A DNA stretch of 64,000 bases from NCBI GenBank assembly GCA_030648715.1, contig JAUSGZ010000017.1:5108-69107 (forward strand), written 5' to 3'. A program made the translations under genes and the position numbers. A model generated the notes under the pieces. The model was not told the DNA's origin. It saw only the letters and a program-made list of their open reading frames with translations, and ran no database searches. Source of the stretch: a bacterium. GTDB lineage: Bacteria; Patescibacteriota; Patescibacteriia; Buchananbacterales; GWA2-38-13. Positions 48,868 through 59,000 of this stretch are shown here, piece after piece; the stretch's first letter is position 1, and every line of letters begins with the position of its first letter.

Positions 48868-49608
48868 TTAGCCGTGCGCCAGGGCCAGGGCAACCACCTC
48901 GTGGGACCCCGCATCCCGCAACGCTTGGGCGCAGGCGCGCATCGTGCTGGCGGTGGTCACCACGTCGTCCACCAGCAGGACTCGGCGCGGCGCCATACCG
49001 CTGACCGAGAACGCTCCCCTGACGTTTTTCAGCCGCGTTCGCTGCGGAAGTCCGACCTGCGGCCGGGTCGCCCGCACGCGGAACAGGACATCCTCACGCA
49101 AAGGCCAGCTGAAATGTTGCGCCACGGGGACGGCGAGCAAGGCCGCCTGCTGGTAGCCGCGCGCCAGGAGTCGACGCCGGTGCAGGGGTACGGGAATGAC
49201 CGCGTCAAATGCTTTTGACCATGCCCCGGCATAACGAAAGTGTTCAAGATGTGCAATGAGCAGTTCCGCCAACGGATCTGCTAAGGCTTGCACCCCGGTG
49301 TACTTCAACGACTCCACAGCCCTCGCCAGGGGGTTCTGCCGATACGGACAAGCGGCAAACAGCTGGGTCAGGGGGCAGGCAGCAACGCACGTAAGGCACG
49401 GACGGCCATCCGTGGACGGCCGCAAACAGCCGGGACAAAACCCGCTCCCACACTGCCGCAGGCCTGACAAACAGGCGGCGCACAGCCAGCTGCCCCGCTC
49501 CGCGCACCCGACGCAATGGGATGGGAACAGCGTTTCCAGAATACGCGCACGGACCTTGGCGGCCCACCTCGATTGCAACACAAATTTTTCTTCCCGAATT
49601 TCGGCCAA
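48868..49608 (-). CDS. comF: ComF family competence protein (double zinc ribbon + PRTase)
   Basis: Four CxxC, VIPVPLHRRR...RGYQQA, NVRGAF, VLLVDDVVTT; start uncertain (TTG). Confidence 0.92.
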   Translation of the reverse strand: MAEIREEKFVLQSRWAAKVRARILETLFPSHCVGCAERGSWLCAACLSGLRQCGSGFCPGCLRPSTDGRPCLTCVAACPLTQLFAACPYRQNPLARAVESLKYTGVQALADPLAELLIAHLEHFRYAGAWSKAFDAVIPVPLHRRRLLARGYQQAALLAVPVAQHFSWPLREDVLFRVRATRPQVGLPQRTRLKNVRGAFSVSGMAPRRVLLVDDVVTTASTMRACAQALRDAGSHEVVALALAHG

Positions 49609-49631
49609 CGTTCAGGGGCAAAACGTCAGGC

Positions 49632-50204
49632 TCACTGCCATGAGGCCCCGTCGACGCGCCAACCTGCGGTATTCTTTACCAGGGTCACCGTCAATTTCTG
49701 GTAAAACTGCTGCCGTCCCCCACCGGTCCGGGTTTCGGAGCGCTGCGTCTGCACCACGACCTGCGCCTCCGTTTCCTCGCTGTTCAGAGCAACGATCTCG
49801 GCCGACAATACTTTGGTCGTAACGCCGTAGAAGCCGTCGCCCAGAAGTACCTGCTGCTGGGCCGAACGCGCGGTAACGGCGAATTGCTCGGTCATCAGCG
49901 GTTGGAGCTGCTGCAAATTCGTGCTCCCGCCGTGCGTGGAAAAACTGCCGAAACGCTCCGCGAAGGTCTTGGCCAGCGCCTCGAGCGTGGCCTGGGTTTT
50001 TGGCTCTTTGGTCACCGGCGGCTCCACGGGTTGGGTCACGGTTCCCCCAACGGGCGGCAGCGTCGTACCGGCCCCAGGCAAGGGTGACACCTGCTCGGGG
50101 CCCAATGGACGCGCCGGACGCGGAGCACGCGCGATGAGCACCAGCGCAAGCACCACCACGAGCGCCAATACGAGAATAACGATTATTTTTGTCCGTTTGG
50201 TCAT
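49632..50204 (-). CDS. Membrane-anchored hypothetical protein, possibly VirB8/TcpC-like
   Basis: N-terminal TM, Pro linker, LAKTFAERFGSFS...WRVDGASW; overlaps the virB4 stop. Confidence 0.6.
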   Translation of the reverse strand: MTKRTKIIVILVLALVVVLALVLIARAPRPARPLGPEQVSPLPGAGTTLPPVGGTVTQPVEPPVTKEPKTQATLEALAKTFAERFGSFSTHGGSTNLQQLQPLMTEQFAVTARSAQQQVLLGDGFYGVTTKVLSAEIVALNSEETEAQVVVQTQRSETRTGGGRQQFYQKLTVTLVKNTAGWRVDGASWQ

Positions 50205-52168
50205 ACGTTTTCACGTTGATGAGCGGCTGTTTTCCGCTCCTTGGGAGCGCCGGTCTGGTCTTCCATCGACTGCGCGAAGTCCTTTTTGGCCTGCTCGATC
50301 TCCAGCAGCTGCCGCGGGTCCGACGTGATGAGCTGGTCTTCGGCGTACGAAGCGACGACCTTGATGGCCGCGTGCTTGTCACCGGCGAAAAAGATCCCCT
50401 CCCCGACGCCGCACTCCAGCAGCAGGTACTTTTCGCCGTCGGTCAGAACGAATGTTTTGGCGATGAGGTCGATGGATGCGGATGACTGGCGCATCAGCAC
50501 CTGGATGGAACTGTTGGTGACGATCGCCGACCCATACGGCGAAAGCAGGAAATCATTGACGTCCTGGGTGATGGTGGTCACCCCCAGGTAGTACTTGCGG
50601 CAGCGCTTCACGAGGGCATAGATGAACTTTGCCGAGTCCTCATATTGCATCAGCCACCAGGCTTCATCGATGACCATGATGCGGCGCTTCAGCTCGGAGC
50701 GCACGACGTTCCAGATGTAATTGATGATGGTGTAAATCGCGATCGGCCGCAGCTCGTCTTCGAGGTCCCGAACGGAAAAGACCACCAGCTGGTTGTGCAC
50801 GTCGATGTTGGTGGGGCTGTTGAACAAACCGGAGAACGTTCCCTGCGTGTACTTCTGCAGCCGAATGACCAGGTCGCCCGACCCCTCCATACCTTCCAGC
50901 ACCTCTTGGAAATCCTGCATGATCGGTGCTTCCACCGTGGCGAGGTCGGAGTTGGCCGTGATGTCTTTCTTGGCGTAGGTTTCCAGCAGCGCGCGGTCGA
51001 TGAGCGAGTCTTCCTGCGGAGAGAAACCGAGCTTACCCGAATCACCGATAGGCTTGCCCAGCATGATGCGCAGCAGCCCCTTGAGCGTGATGACCGCGCC
51101 GCGGATGATGTCGCCGGCGCGCTGGTCGCCGACGGGCCGCGGGAGGTCGAACGGATTGAGCTTGCTCTCCGAGGACAAAGAAATATTGATGTAGGTGCCG
51201 CCGACCGCGTCGCACAGATGCTGGTACTCGCGCTCGGGGTCGATAATGATGACGTCGGTGCCCAGCATCAGGGACCGCAGAACCTCCAGTTTGATGGTGT
51301 AACTCTTGCCGGCGCCGGAGGTGGCGAACACCACCATGTTCGCGTTCTGCAGGCTAAAACGGTCGAACAGGATCAGGCTGTTGTTGTGGCGGTTGATGCC
51401 ATACAGGACGCCATCATCCGAGGTCAGCTCCGACGAAATGAACGGGAATGAGCTGGCGATGGGCGACGAGTTCATGTTGAATGCGATCATCAGCATATCC
51501 TCACCCAACGGCATCGTCGAGGTGAACCCCTGCTCGGCCTGATAGAGTACCTTGCGCGAGTACACCAGCTTGCTGCCGAACAACGCCTCCACGTCGTCGG
51601 TCAGTCGCTCCAAAATCTTTCGGTCCTCGGCGTAGAGCGTCACGTACAGCCCAAATTGGAAGAAATGCTCGATCCCCTGGGTCAAGTCATCCCGCAGCTG
51701 CTCGATGTCGCGCAATGCCGTCTCGCGGATGGGGTCGCGGGGAGCGCCTTTCTCGCGGTCGGCGAGGATCTGCGCCTCAAGGTTACCGACCCGCTTCTTC
51801 AGCTGCTTGAGAATGACATCCGACCGCACGGGGTAGAAATACATTGAGATATCGAGCGGCAGGTTGAGGTTGATGATGGGCGCGAACCATCCGACCGTGA
51901 TGTACCTGGGGTAGCCGATGACGAACAGCGTCCGCACGAACAGGTCTCCCAGCATCAGGAAGGACGGCTTGACCTGGAAAGCCGCCGGCGCGATCAGGTC
52001 CCGGATGGAAATGAGGCCTTCGCGGTAGACGCGCTCTTCCTCGAGGATGACCTTCTCCTCGGTGATCTGCCGCTGCTCCAGCCGCTTGCGCTCCTCGGCC
52101 GACAGTGTCGGGGTCACGGGCTTCCCCGCCTGTTTTTCCTCGCGCTCGATTTGCTGTGGTTTGAACAT
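50201..52168 (-). CDS. virB4: VirB4-family conjugation/T4SS ATPase
   Basis: NANMVVFATSGAGKS, IIIDPEREY, LNPFD, MVIDEAWWL, KRCRKY, ITQDVNDF. Confidence 0.92.
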   Translation of the reverse strand: MFKPQQIEREEKQAGKPVTPTLSAEERKRLEQRQITEEKVILEEERVYREGLISIRDLIAPAAFQVKPSFLMLGDLFVRTLFVIGYPRYITVGWFAPIINLNLPLDISMYFYPVRSDVILKQLKKRVGNLEAQILADREKGAPRDPIRETALRDIEQLRDDLTQGIEHFFQFGLYVTLYAEDRKILERLTDDVEALFGSKLVYSRKVLYQAEQGFTSTMPLGEDMLMIAFNMNSSPIASSFPFISSELTSDDGVLYGINRHNNSLILFDRFSLQNANMVVFATSGAGKSYTIKLEVLRSLMLGTDVIIIDPEREYQHLCDAVGGTYINISLSSESKLNPFDLPRPVGDQRAGDIIRGAVITLKGLLRIMLGKPIGDSGKLGFSPQEDSLIDRALLETYAKKDITANSDLATVEAPIMQDFQEVLEGMEGSGDLVIRLQKYTQGTFSGLFNSPTNIDVHNQLVVFSVRDLEDELRPIAIYTIINYIWNVVRSELKRRIMVIDEAWWLMQYEDSAKFIYALVKRCRKYYLGVTTITQDVNDFLLSPYGSAIVTNSSIQVLMRQSSASIDLIAKTFVLTDGEKYLLLECGVGEGIFFAGDKHAAIKVVASYAEDQLITSDPRQLLEIEQAKKDFAQSMEDQTGAPKERKTAAHQRENV

Positions 52169-52272
52169 TGATGTTTGGGGCTAGTACCCGGTGCTCTGTA
52201 CCCAGTGCTCCGTGCGTATCGTCACCGTCGTAACTATACTGAGCACGGTGTACTGAGTACTGAGCACATGCG
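52169..52272. repeat. Inverted heptamer-repeat hairpin upstream of virB4
   Basis: GTACCCG GTGCTCT GTACCCA GTGCTCC ... TGAGCAC GGTGTAC TGAGTAC TGAGCAC. Confidence 0.85.
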
Positions 52273-52995
52273 CTAGGGCTCGACCTGCAGTTGGTTAAGA
52301 TCGGCGAGCTTCTGCCGCTCGGATGCGCCGGGGTTGTAGGTGTTGTAGTACAGCTCAATCAGCCCCTGGGTGTCCAAGAGCGCCGCCTTCAACCCGATGC
52401 TGCCGAGCGACGCCACGACATGATCGACCCGCTGCATCAAGTCGCGCCGCCGCTGCAGGAACCGTTCGCGCGACAGCCGCACCGACCCCGCCGCCTTAAA
52501 GACCTCCAGCAGGCGCCTAAACCACCCCTTCTGCTTGTCGGACAGGGGATTGTGCGGCACCACAACGTAGAAGCGCTTGGTCATGATCTCGCCCAGCTCC
52601 ACCAGTTCGGTGACGTAGTTGCGGTACTCGGCAATCTGGAGTTTCAGCAGTTCATTGGTCTGCTCCTTTTCTTTCTGTTCCAGGCGCGTCAAGTAGCCGC
52701 TGATGTTGAGCTTACGCGACTGGATCAGGATCTGGAGCGGAAAATCGATGGCATTCAGGAAATTCACGTACGCCGCGATGATCGCGTTTTGCTCCTCCTC
52801 CGACTTGAGGGAAAAATTGATGCTGGATACCAGCAGCACCGCCCGCAGGGTACCGTCTTTGAGCACCGCGCAGTCCTCTTTGATCTCGGTGATCGGCAGA
52901 TGCCGCTGCGTTGACGGAGTTTTTGCCGCCGAACGCGCCGGCACTCCGGTGGAAGCGGCGCCCTTTGCGGTTGCGGTTTTTTTCAATTTAGCCAT
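52273..52995 (-). CDS. TraC/VirB4 N-terminal-like conjugation-associated protein
   Basis: VLKDGTLRAVLLVSSINFSLKSEEEQ...LIELYYNTYNP; between prgI and virB4. Confidence 0.75.
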   Translation of the reverse strand: MAKLKKTATAKGAASTGVPARSAAKTPSTQRHLPITEIKEDCAVLKDGTLRAVLLVSSINFSLKSEEEQNAIIAAYVNFLNAIDFPLQILIQSRKLNISGYLTRLEQKEKEQTNELLKLQIAEYRNYVTELVELGEIMTKRFYVVVPHNPLSDKQKGWFRRLLEVFKAAGSVRLSRERFLQRRRDLMQRVDHVVASLGSIGLKAALLDTQGLIELYYNTYNPGASERQKLADLNQLQVEP

Positions 52996-53008
52996 AGCGA
53001 AGTTCAAC

Positions 53009-53446
53009 TCAATCCTGGGCGGTTTCGCCCTCGTAGACGCCACCGGTATCCACGATCAAGGATAGCTCCACGAGCCGCGAGCTCCCCACCAGGGGCTTGT
53101 GGCGGGGCGGAACGATGGGTTTGGTCGTGATCTCCTTCATGGCCAGCTGGAGCTCGGCCGGCGTCAGCCGCTTGTCCCAGAGCGTGAGGCGCGGCCGCTT
53201 CATGGTTTGGATAAAATTGAGGATGAAATAATGGACCGGACGGCCGTTGATCTTGATGAACGCGAACACGATCGTCAACACCGCGATCACCAGCAGCCAG
53301 AACAGGAACAGGGTGAAGTCGGAGATCTTGTACGCCAGGAACACCATCCCGCCGGACACCAGTAAAATAATGAACTGGCGCACCGTGATGGGGCCGATCA
53401 CCTTGTCTTCCACATCGAGGAATTGCGGAACCACGAACTGCTGCAT
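53009..53446 (-). CDS. prgI: PrgI family protein
   Basis: VPQFLDVEDKVIGPITVRQF followed by two TM helices and KINGRP. Confidence 0.88.
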   Translation of the reverse strand: MQQFVVPQFLDVEDKVIGPITVRQFIILLVSGGMVFLAYKISDFTLFLFWLLVIAVLTIVFAFIKINGRPVHYFILNFIQTMKRPRLTLWDKRLTPAELQLAMKEITTKPIVPPRHKPLVGSSRLVELSLIVDTGGVYEGETAQD

Positions 53447-53536
53447 AATGGAACATTTAACATTTGACCCTTAACCATTGACCGTGATTCGATTGTTCAG
53501 GTCAAATGTCAATTGTCAAAGGTTAATTGTTAACGA
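53447..53536. repeat. Inverted heptamer-repeat hairpin upstream of prgI
   Basis: GAACATT TAACATT TGACCCT TAACCAT TGACCGT ... GTCAAAT GTCAATT GTCAAAG GTTAATT GTTAACG. Confidence 0.85.
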
Positions 53537-54697
53537 TTAAAACCTCAACGTCCGATTAAAATCAGCAATCGCCTCGAACTCGGCCACGCTCAGGATCGAC
53601 GTTCCGGGGGTTGCATTTGAGCCCAGCATTTCACTGATCGGCCGCTTCTCCGCCATCGCGCGACCAGCGGTCGCCGTGTAAAGGTTGAATACTTCGCAGG
53701 ACCGCCAGGCGGCGATGGCGGCCGCTTTGTGAGCAAAGGATTGCTGTTCAAGCAGGACGATCTTTTCGCGTAAACGATCCGTCGCGCGGCGCGGGTCGGC
53801 ATCCAAACGGCGAAAGTCTTGCAGAGTCATCTGGCCGATCTCTTCCAGGGGGCCAACCAGCTGCGGCCGGTACCGTACTGCCGGCACTTCCTCTGCCATG
53901 GGCTCTGGGGACGGCGTGAACGGTTCCGTTGCTCGAGCTACGGGCGGCAGCATTGCTGGCGGCGCGAGAGGTGGAACAGCGGGCACTGGTTGCGGGAACC
54001 TCGTCGGCACCGGTAATGATGGCGGCTCCAGCGGTACCGCCGACGGGACCGGCGAAACAGCGGCGGAGGGGCGGCTCATCAACGGAGGACGCGTCGGGGG
54101 ACGGACTGGCGGGAGTGGCGGCACCGTCGGAGGAAGAGCGGCGGGCGGTAACGGCTGCAGGGACATGCGCCGCGGCGGCGCGATCGGCGCGGCAGGTACG
54201 GGTGCGGAAGGCGTTAGCGGCGCAACCTCGCTGACGTTGGCCTGCAGCTGGGCGACGGCTTGGTCCTGCTGCCGGCGGCTGGCTTCGCTGAAACGGCGGT
54301 AGTGTCTTTCGATGACCACGGACGACGTTTCGGCCTGCTCGGCCGTGAACCCGAGCCCGCCGACCTTCAGTGGCCGCGCCATTGCCTCGCGGGTTTCAAT
54401 GGCATCCCGCACATCCTTGAACCGCGCCAAGATATGGGTACGCAGACGTTTTTGGAGTACCGGGTCGGGCAACGGCAACGCCAACTCCTTGATGACTTGT
54501 TCAACGAACGATTCCACGGGGGACGATTGGGAGGGAAGCGCCGCAGGCACGGACGCAGGAAGTAACGGCACGGCCGTCGGTACGGCGCTACGCCACGGCT
54601 CCACGATACCGCCGCGCAACACCTTCAGCTGCCCATCGGCGTCCTTAAAGAGTACCTCCTCGCTGCCGGTAAACGGATTGTACACAGCCTCTGGCAT
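53537..54697 (-). CDS. Hypothetical protein with a central Pro-rich linker
   Basis: Open frame in the operon; conserved-looking ends (RFKDVRD...GGLG; LVGPLEEI...DFRRL). Confidence 0.75.
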   Translation of the reverse strand: MPEAVYNPFTGSEEVLFKDADGQLKVLRGGIVEPWRSAVPTAVPLLPASVPAALPSQSSPVESFVEQVIKELALPLPDPVLQKRLRTHILARFKDVRDAIETREAMARPLKVGGLGFTAEQAETSSVVIERHYRRFSEASRRQQDQAVAQLQANVSEVAPLTPSAPVPAAPIAPPRRMSLQPLPPAALPPTVPPLPPVRPPTRPPLMSRPSAAVSPVPSAVPLEPPSLPVPTRFPQPVPAVPPLAPPAMLPPVARATEPFTPSPEPMAEEVPAVRYRPQLVGPLEEIGQMTLQDFRRLDADPRRATDRLREKIVLLEQQSFAHKAAAIAAWRSCEVFNLYTATAGRAMAEKRPISEMLGSNATPGTSILSVAEFEAIADFNRTLRF

Positions 54698-54708
54698 GGG
54701 TAACAGGT

Positions 54709-56001
54709 TCACGGCAACCACTTGAAGGTCTTTTCCCGGACATCAAAGTACGCCAATTTTTCATACTGATGCCGCCCGCGCTGCTTAAAAATATTGGATA
54801 GCTGCGCACCGACGCGCGCGGCATCATGCTCGGGCACATCCAAACGCTCCTGTAGCACATATTGTATAAACAACTGCACCGACTGTCTACTCAACGGCTG
54901 CCGCACGAGCGTGTCCGCCGCCGCTTGGCCGTACAACGATGGCCACACCGACCGCAGGTGCTGCTGCAACGCCTGGTCATTGGCGAGTAACCGCTCCAGC
55001 TGGTCGTTCTCCGCCAACAAGCGCATCGTCGCGACCGTGCGAGGCACGTTCCGCGACTGCACCGCCGCGAAGAACTCGGCGGCCAATTTTTTCTGGTCAT
55101 TACCGGCCTTGGCGCGGATGCCAGACACGGCCTCAGTGACCGCCCGCTGGTCGGCATCGCCGCCGCGGTAGGCAGCGACGATATGCCCCAACGCGGGGGC
55201 AGTCACCGCTGCGGAGGCGAAATCCGTGATCGCTTTACCGCCAACCCGTTCCACCACCGGTTCCTGGACGGTGCGCTCTTCCACGATGGGCGCCTTGTGC
55301 GGGAAGCGCAACAGGTCGTAGGTCTCCAGCAGTTTGGTGAGAATTTCACGGTCGGCGTTGTTCAGCCGCTTGACGTTGGCATCCCGCTGCAAAAAATGGG
55401 CGCGTTCCACCGGTCCGCGTTCCTGGTTCAGGGGGAACGAACCGTTGTAGGCCCGCAGCCAATTCTGCACCGTCGGGTCTAAACGCTCCGGGTTCTCCGG
55501 CACGGTGAGCGGCGTTTCTCCGATCGTTTCCAAATTCAACCCGATAACCCGTAAAATGGTGTTGCTTGCGTTCACCGCCAATTCGGGTTCGCCATAACTG
55601 ATGAGCGCTGCTTGCAGCCCAGCGGCCAGATTCAAGCCCGCTCGCAAGGCCATGACGGTGCTGGCTTGGAATACCCCCTCAACATCGCGAATCCGCAGTA
55701 AGGCAACTCCGACAACCTTCAAAATGGCGATGATCTGCTGGAGTCGTTCTTCATCGGTAGCATCCAGAAGCGTTCGGTCCGAGCTGGAAGAAAGCAGCCC
55801 CTGCAGCCGTCGCGCCAGTTGCAGCGCCAATCCCCATTCATGCGCTTCATCCAGATAGAGCGCAGTGGCATAGAGCCGTTCGAACGCCCTGGGCTGCTTC
55901 AACCAATGCACATCAACAAATGCGAACTCTTCCTCGGTCAAACCCTGGTCAAGGTCGGGTTTCCGGGTCGCGAGAAAGTGATATGTCAGATGTTCGGCCA
56001 T
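54709..56001 (-). CDS. Hypothetical protein
   Basis: 430-aa ORF tightly packed between neighbours in the T4SS-like operon. Confidence 0.8.
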   Translation of the reverse strand: MAEHLTYHFLATRKPDLDQGLTEEEFAFVDVHWLKQPRAFERLYATALYLDEAHEWGLALQLARRLQGLLSSSSDRTLLDATDEERLQQIIAILKVVGVALLRIRDVEGVFQASTVMALRAGLNLAAGLQAALISYGEPELAVNASNTILRVIGLNLETIGETPLTVPENPERLDPTVQNWLRAYNGSFPLNQERGPVERAHFLQRDANVKRLNNADREILTKLLETYDLLRFPHKAPIVEERTVQEPVVERVGGKAITDFASAAVTAPALGHIVAAYRGGDADQRAVTEAVSGIRAKAGNDQKKLAAEFFAAVQSRNVPRTVATMRLLAENDQLERLLANDQALQQHLRSVWPSLYGQAAADTLVRQPLSRQSVQLFIQYVLQERLDVPEHDAARVGAQLSNIFKQRGRHQYEKLAYFDVREKTFKWLP

Positions 56002-56006
56002 ACTGC

Positions 56007-59000
56007 TTAAATGGTTGGTCGGCCTTTCGGCGGTTCGCCGGATAAGGATTCTGGAGAAATTGCAGGGATTTCTGGTACGCCGGTTGACCCTTCCTTGCTC
56101 TGCGCCATCTCCTGCAAAGACTTATTGATCTGGAAAAGAAGGTCTGCAAGCTCGTCGGCTTGTTCCCTTGTCACCCCAGCCCCGGCTTCGGCAGATACCT
56201 GCGCCTCGCCGATACGCGCCACACCATCACGCAAATTCTTGCCCAAAACATCAAATTTCTTGCTTGCGTCTTTATCGGTCATGCCAGCCTTTTCCTCCTG
56301 TTCGGATAACGTTGTCGCAAGCGACTGTACGCTGCCAGAAACCTGCGCCAGCGCTTCGCTCATGGTCTTGAGCATCTTGTTCAGGGTGGCGAGGTCGGCA
56401 GTCGGAAACGCTTTTACCACCTCCGCCTGCCGCTCAACTTGTTCTGCGGCGTGCGCTGCTATCTTTTGGGACGTCACGGTCGCAGCCGGAGGCGTCGGTG
56501 AATCCGCTGGTTGTACGGGCGCGGGGGAAGACGGATGTGCAGCTACTGGGGATGGCTCTTGGACGGGTTGGGACGCTCGAGGCGATGTGGACTTACGAGC
56601 CGCACGCCTTGCCTCCACTTCCTTGGCCAAGTTATCGGTATGTGATGTACCCCCGCGATCAATACCGCGGCCAACCGCCGAAAGCTGGTTACCGAAAAGA
56701 TTTCGGGCAACCGCGGCTGCCTTCTGGACATCCTCAGGGGTCGCGCCGTGCATCACCACGTTATCAAATCTATATTTCGCCCGTTGCCCGGTTGGAGCAA
56801 CTTTCACTTGGCCGTTATAGCCTGCCTTCGCCAAAGCCGCCATAAATTGATTCAAGCGTTCCGGCGTAAGATCCCGCAGCGTGTCTTTGAACGTCAAATA
56901 ACCTTTGTGGGTTTCTCCCGTTGATTCTTTGCCTTTGCCAACCTGGTAATTCAGCCAATCCGACTCTGCTCCGATAGCGCGGACATTCTCAACTTGGGTC
57001 TTCCCACTCCCTACTTCATTCCAATTGTTAGTTTGTTTTTTACCGAACTCCTTCAATGATTCAAGCAACCCGGGAGTTGAAGCCATCTCTTTGGCGATAT
57101 CAGACTCTTGCAAGTGGCGCAGTTCCGCCTTTCGCGTCAATAGATTGTAGACATCCGCGCCAGTTACCTCTAAACGATTTTGGGTCAGATACTCCGCAAA
57201 TTCATCCTGGGACATGGCGGCAATCTCATGTTGAGATGGCGAATGCAGCGCAGACGGCGCGGAACCTAGTCCTGCAGTTCCTGTGGGGGGTTGCGCCGGC
57301 CCGGCAGCTGTTTTGGCAGAAATCTTTGGCGGCGGAACAGCCCGTACCGAGGGCGGCTCAATGCCCTCAGCCGCGGCTTCGGCCGCACGACCAACATTTT
57401 CTTCCGCCGCAGTGGCGGTGGCCTCCACCTGTTCAACCAACCCGACCAGACCCGCGGAGAAATCCTGAATTTCTCCCATTCTTTGTTCGATCTGCCCCAT
57501 CTCTTCGGTTCGTTGAGCGATCGCCTGCTGCGCCTTGCGCAGGGCGGCAACATTACCCGTTGACCGGGCCTTCTGGGCAGCCGCCCCCTGCTGCTGCAGC
57601 GCAGCCCCTGCCGCAATACGACGCTTGTCCAACTTCTCGTACTCTTTGCTCATGGCTGGGATTTCCTGCTCCCCGATCGTTTTCGCTTCTTGCAAACGAC
57701 GCTGAGCGATCACCAACTCTTCTTGCGCGAGCACGAGATCGCTCACATCGGCAGCGTTCTTCAGCACCAAATCATCCCACTCGCCGATCTCCTTATCGAC
57801 ACCCTTGATCTGGCCACCCACCGTATTGAAACGGTCTTGGGCGGCCTTCACCGCATCATCAGCGCGCTTGCGTTCCGTACCCGGCGCGGCCTGGGCCTGC
57901 CGCTCTTGCTGCTTCCGCAGGTCTTTCTCCGCGGCTTGATGCTGCTTGACCAACCCTGTCCGCTTCTCGGCGAGCTCGGCATAGTTGAAATCACGCTTCA
58001 CTTTTGCGACATTGAGCTCCTGGTCCGCATCTTTCAAGCCGCTACCCTTGACTTTGGGGGCTAGACCGAGACGGCGACGCTTCACGGTGTAATCCAGCTG
58101 GTCGCGAATGATCTGCGCTCGCTGCGCGCGGTCGTGCGCCGCCCGAGCGCCCGCCGCATCCCCTTGGGTCGCCTTTTCTTCCGCCTCCTTGTTATTCGCT
58201 TCCAATTCGGACTGGGCATGGCTAAGTTGCTGGGCCAGTTCATCCTTACTCAATGTGCCAGCCGCGTCCCGAACAGCGGCAGCGAACGTTTCCAGAGACT
58301 GCACGGATTCCTCAACCCGGCGCCGGTAATCGGCTTGCGCGCCTTCCAGCGCCTGGGAGTCCCTGGCGACGACGTCCTGCTGTTCAGTAACGGCATCGGT
58401 GGCGGCGGTAACCTCCTGCTGCTTGGCACGGGCCAACGTTTGGGCCTCCTCCTGGGCCTGGTAGTTCCCCTCTTCGACTGCCCGGCGGGCCTGCGCGTTC
58501 AATTCCGCGAGCTCAAGCTGCCGCTGGTCGCGCACCTTGACGCGATTTCCCAATTCCTGCTGGCTAGCCCGCACGATCTGTTCCTTGGCGCCGATCTCCT
58601 GCTTGGCACCCGCCACCTCCTCACGGTTTCCCTGGCGCGCCGTCAAAAACTTCTCTTCCACGGCAGTCAGCGACTGCTGGCCCTTGCTGACCGGTACGGG
58701 CTTAGGTTGCAACGCCTGCACCGCGCGCTCCTTGGCCTGTACCTCCTGCTGCTGTTTTGCGATGCGCTGTTGCGCGGTACGCAGATCCCGTTCCGCGGCC
58801 TGGGCCAGGCGTTCCTGCCTCCCGGCTTCTTCCTGGCTGCCTTGGTCTGCGGCCCGCTTCCTCAAGCGGTTATGCACCTGGGCGCGACGGGCAAGCTCAT
58901 CGCGATTCTGTTCCAATTCCGTCAATTTGCCGCGGCTTTCCGACAGCTCCTGCTGCGCGCGCGCCGCTACATTCTCGGGCTTTGCCGCCTCGCGGCGCTG

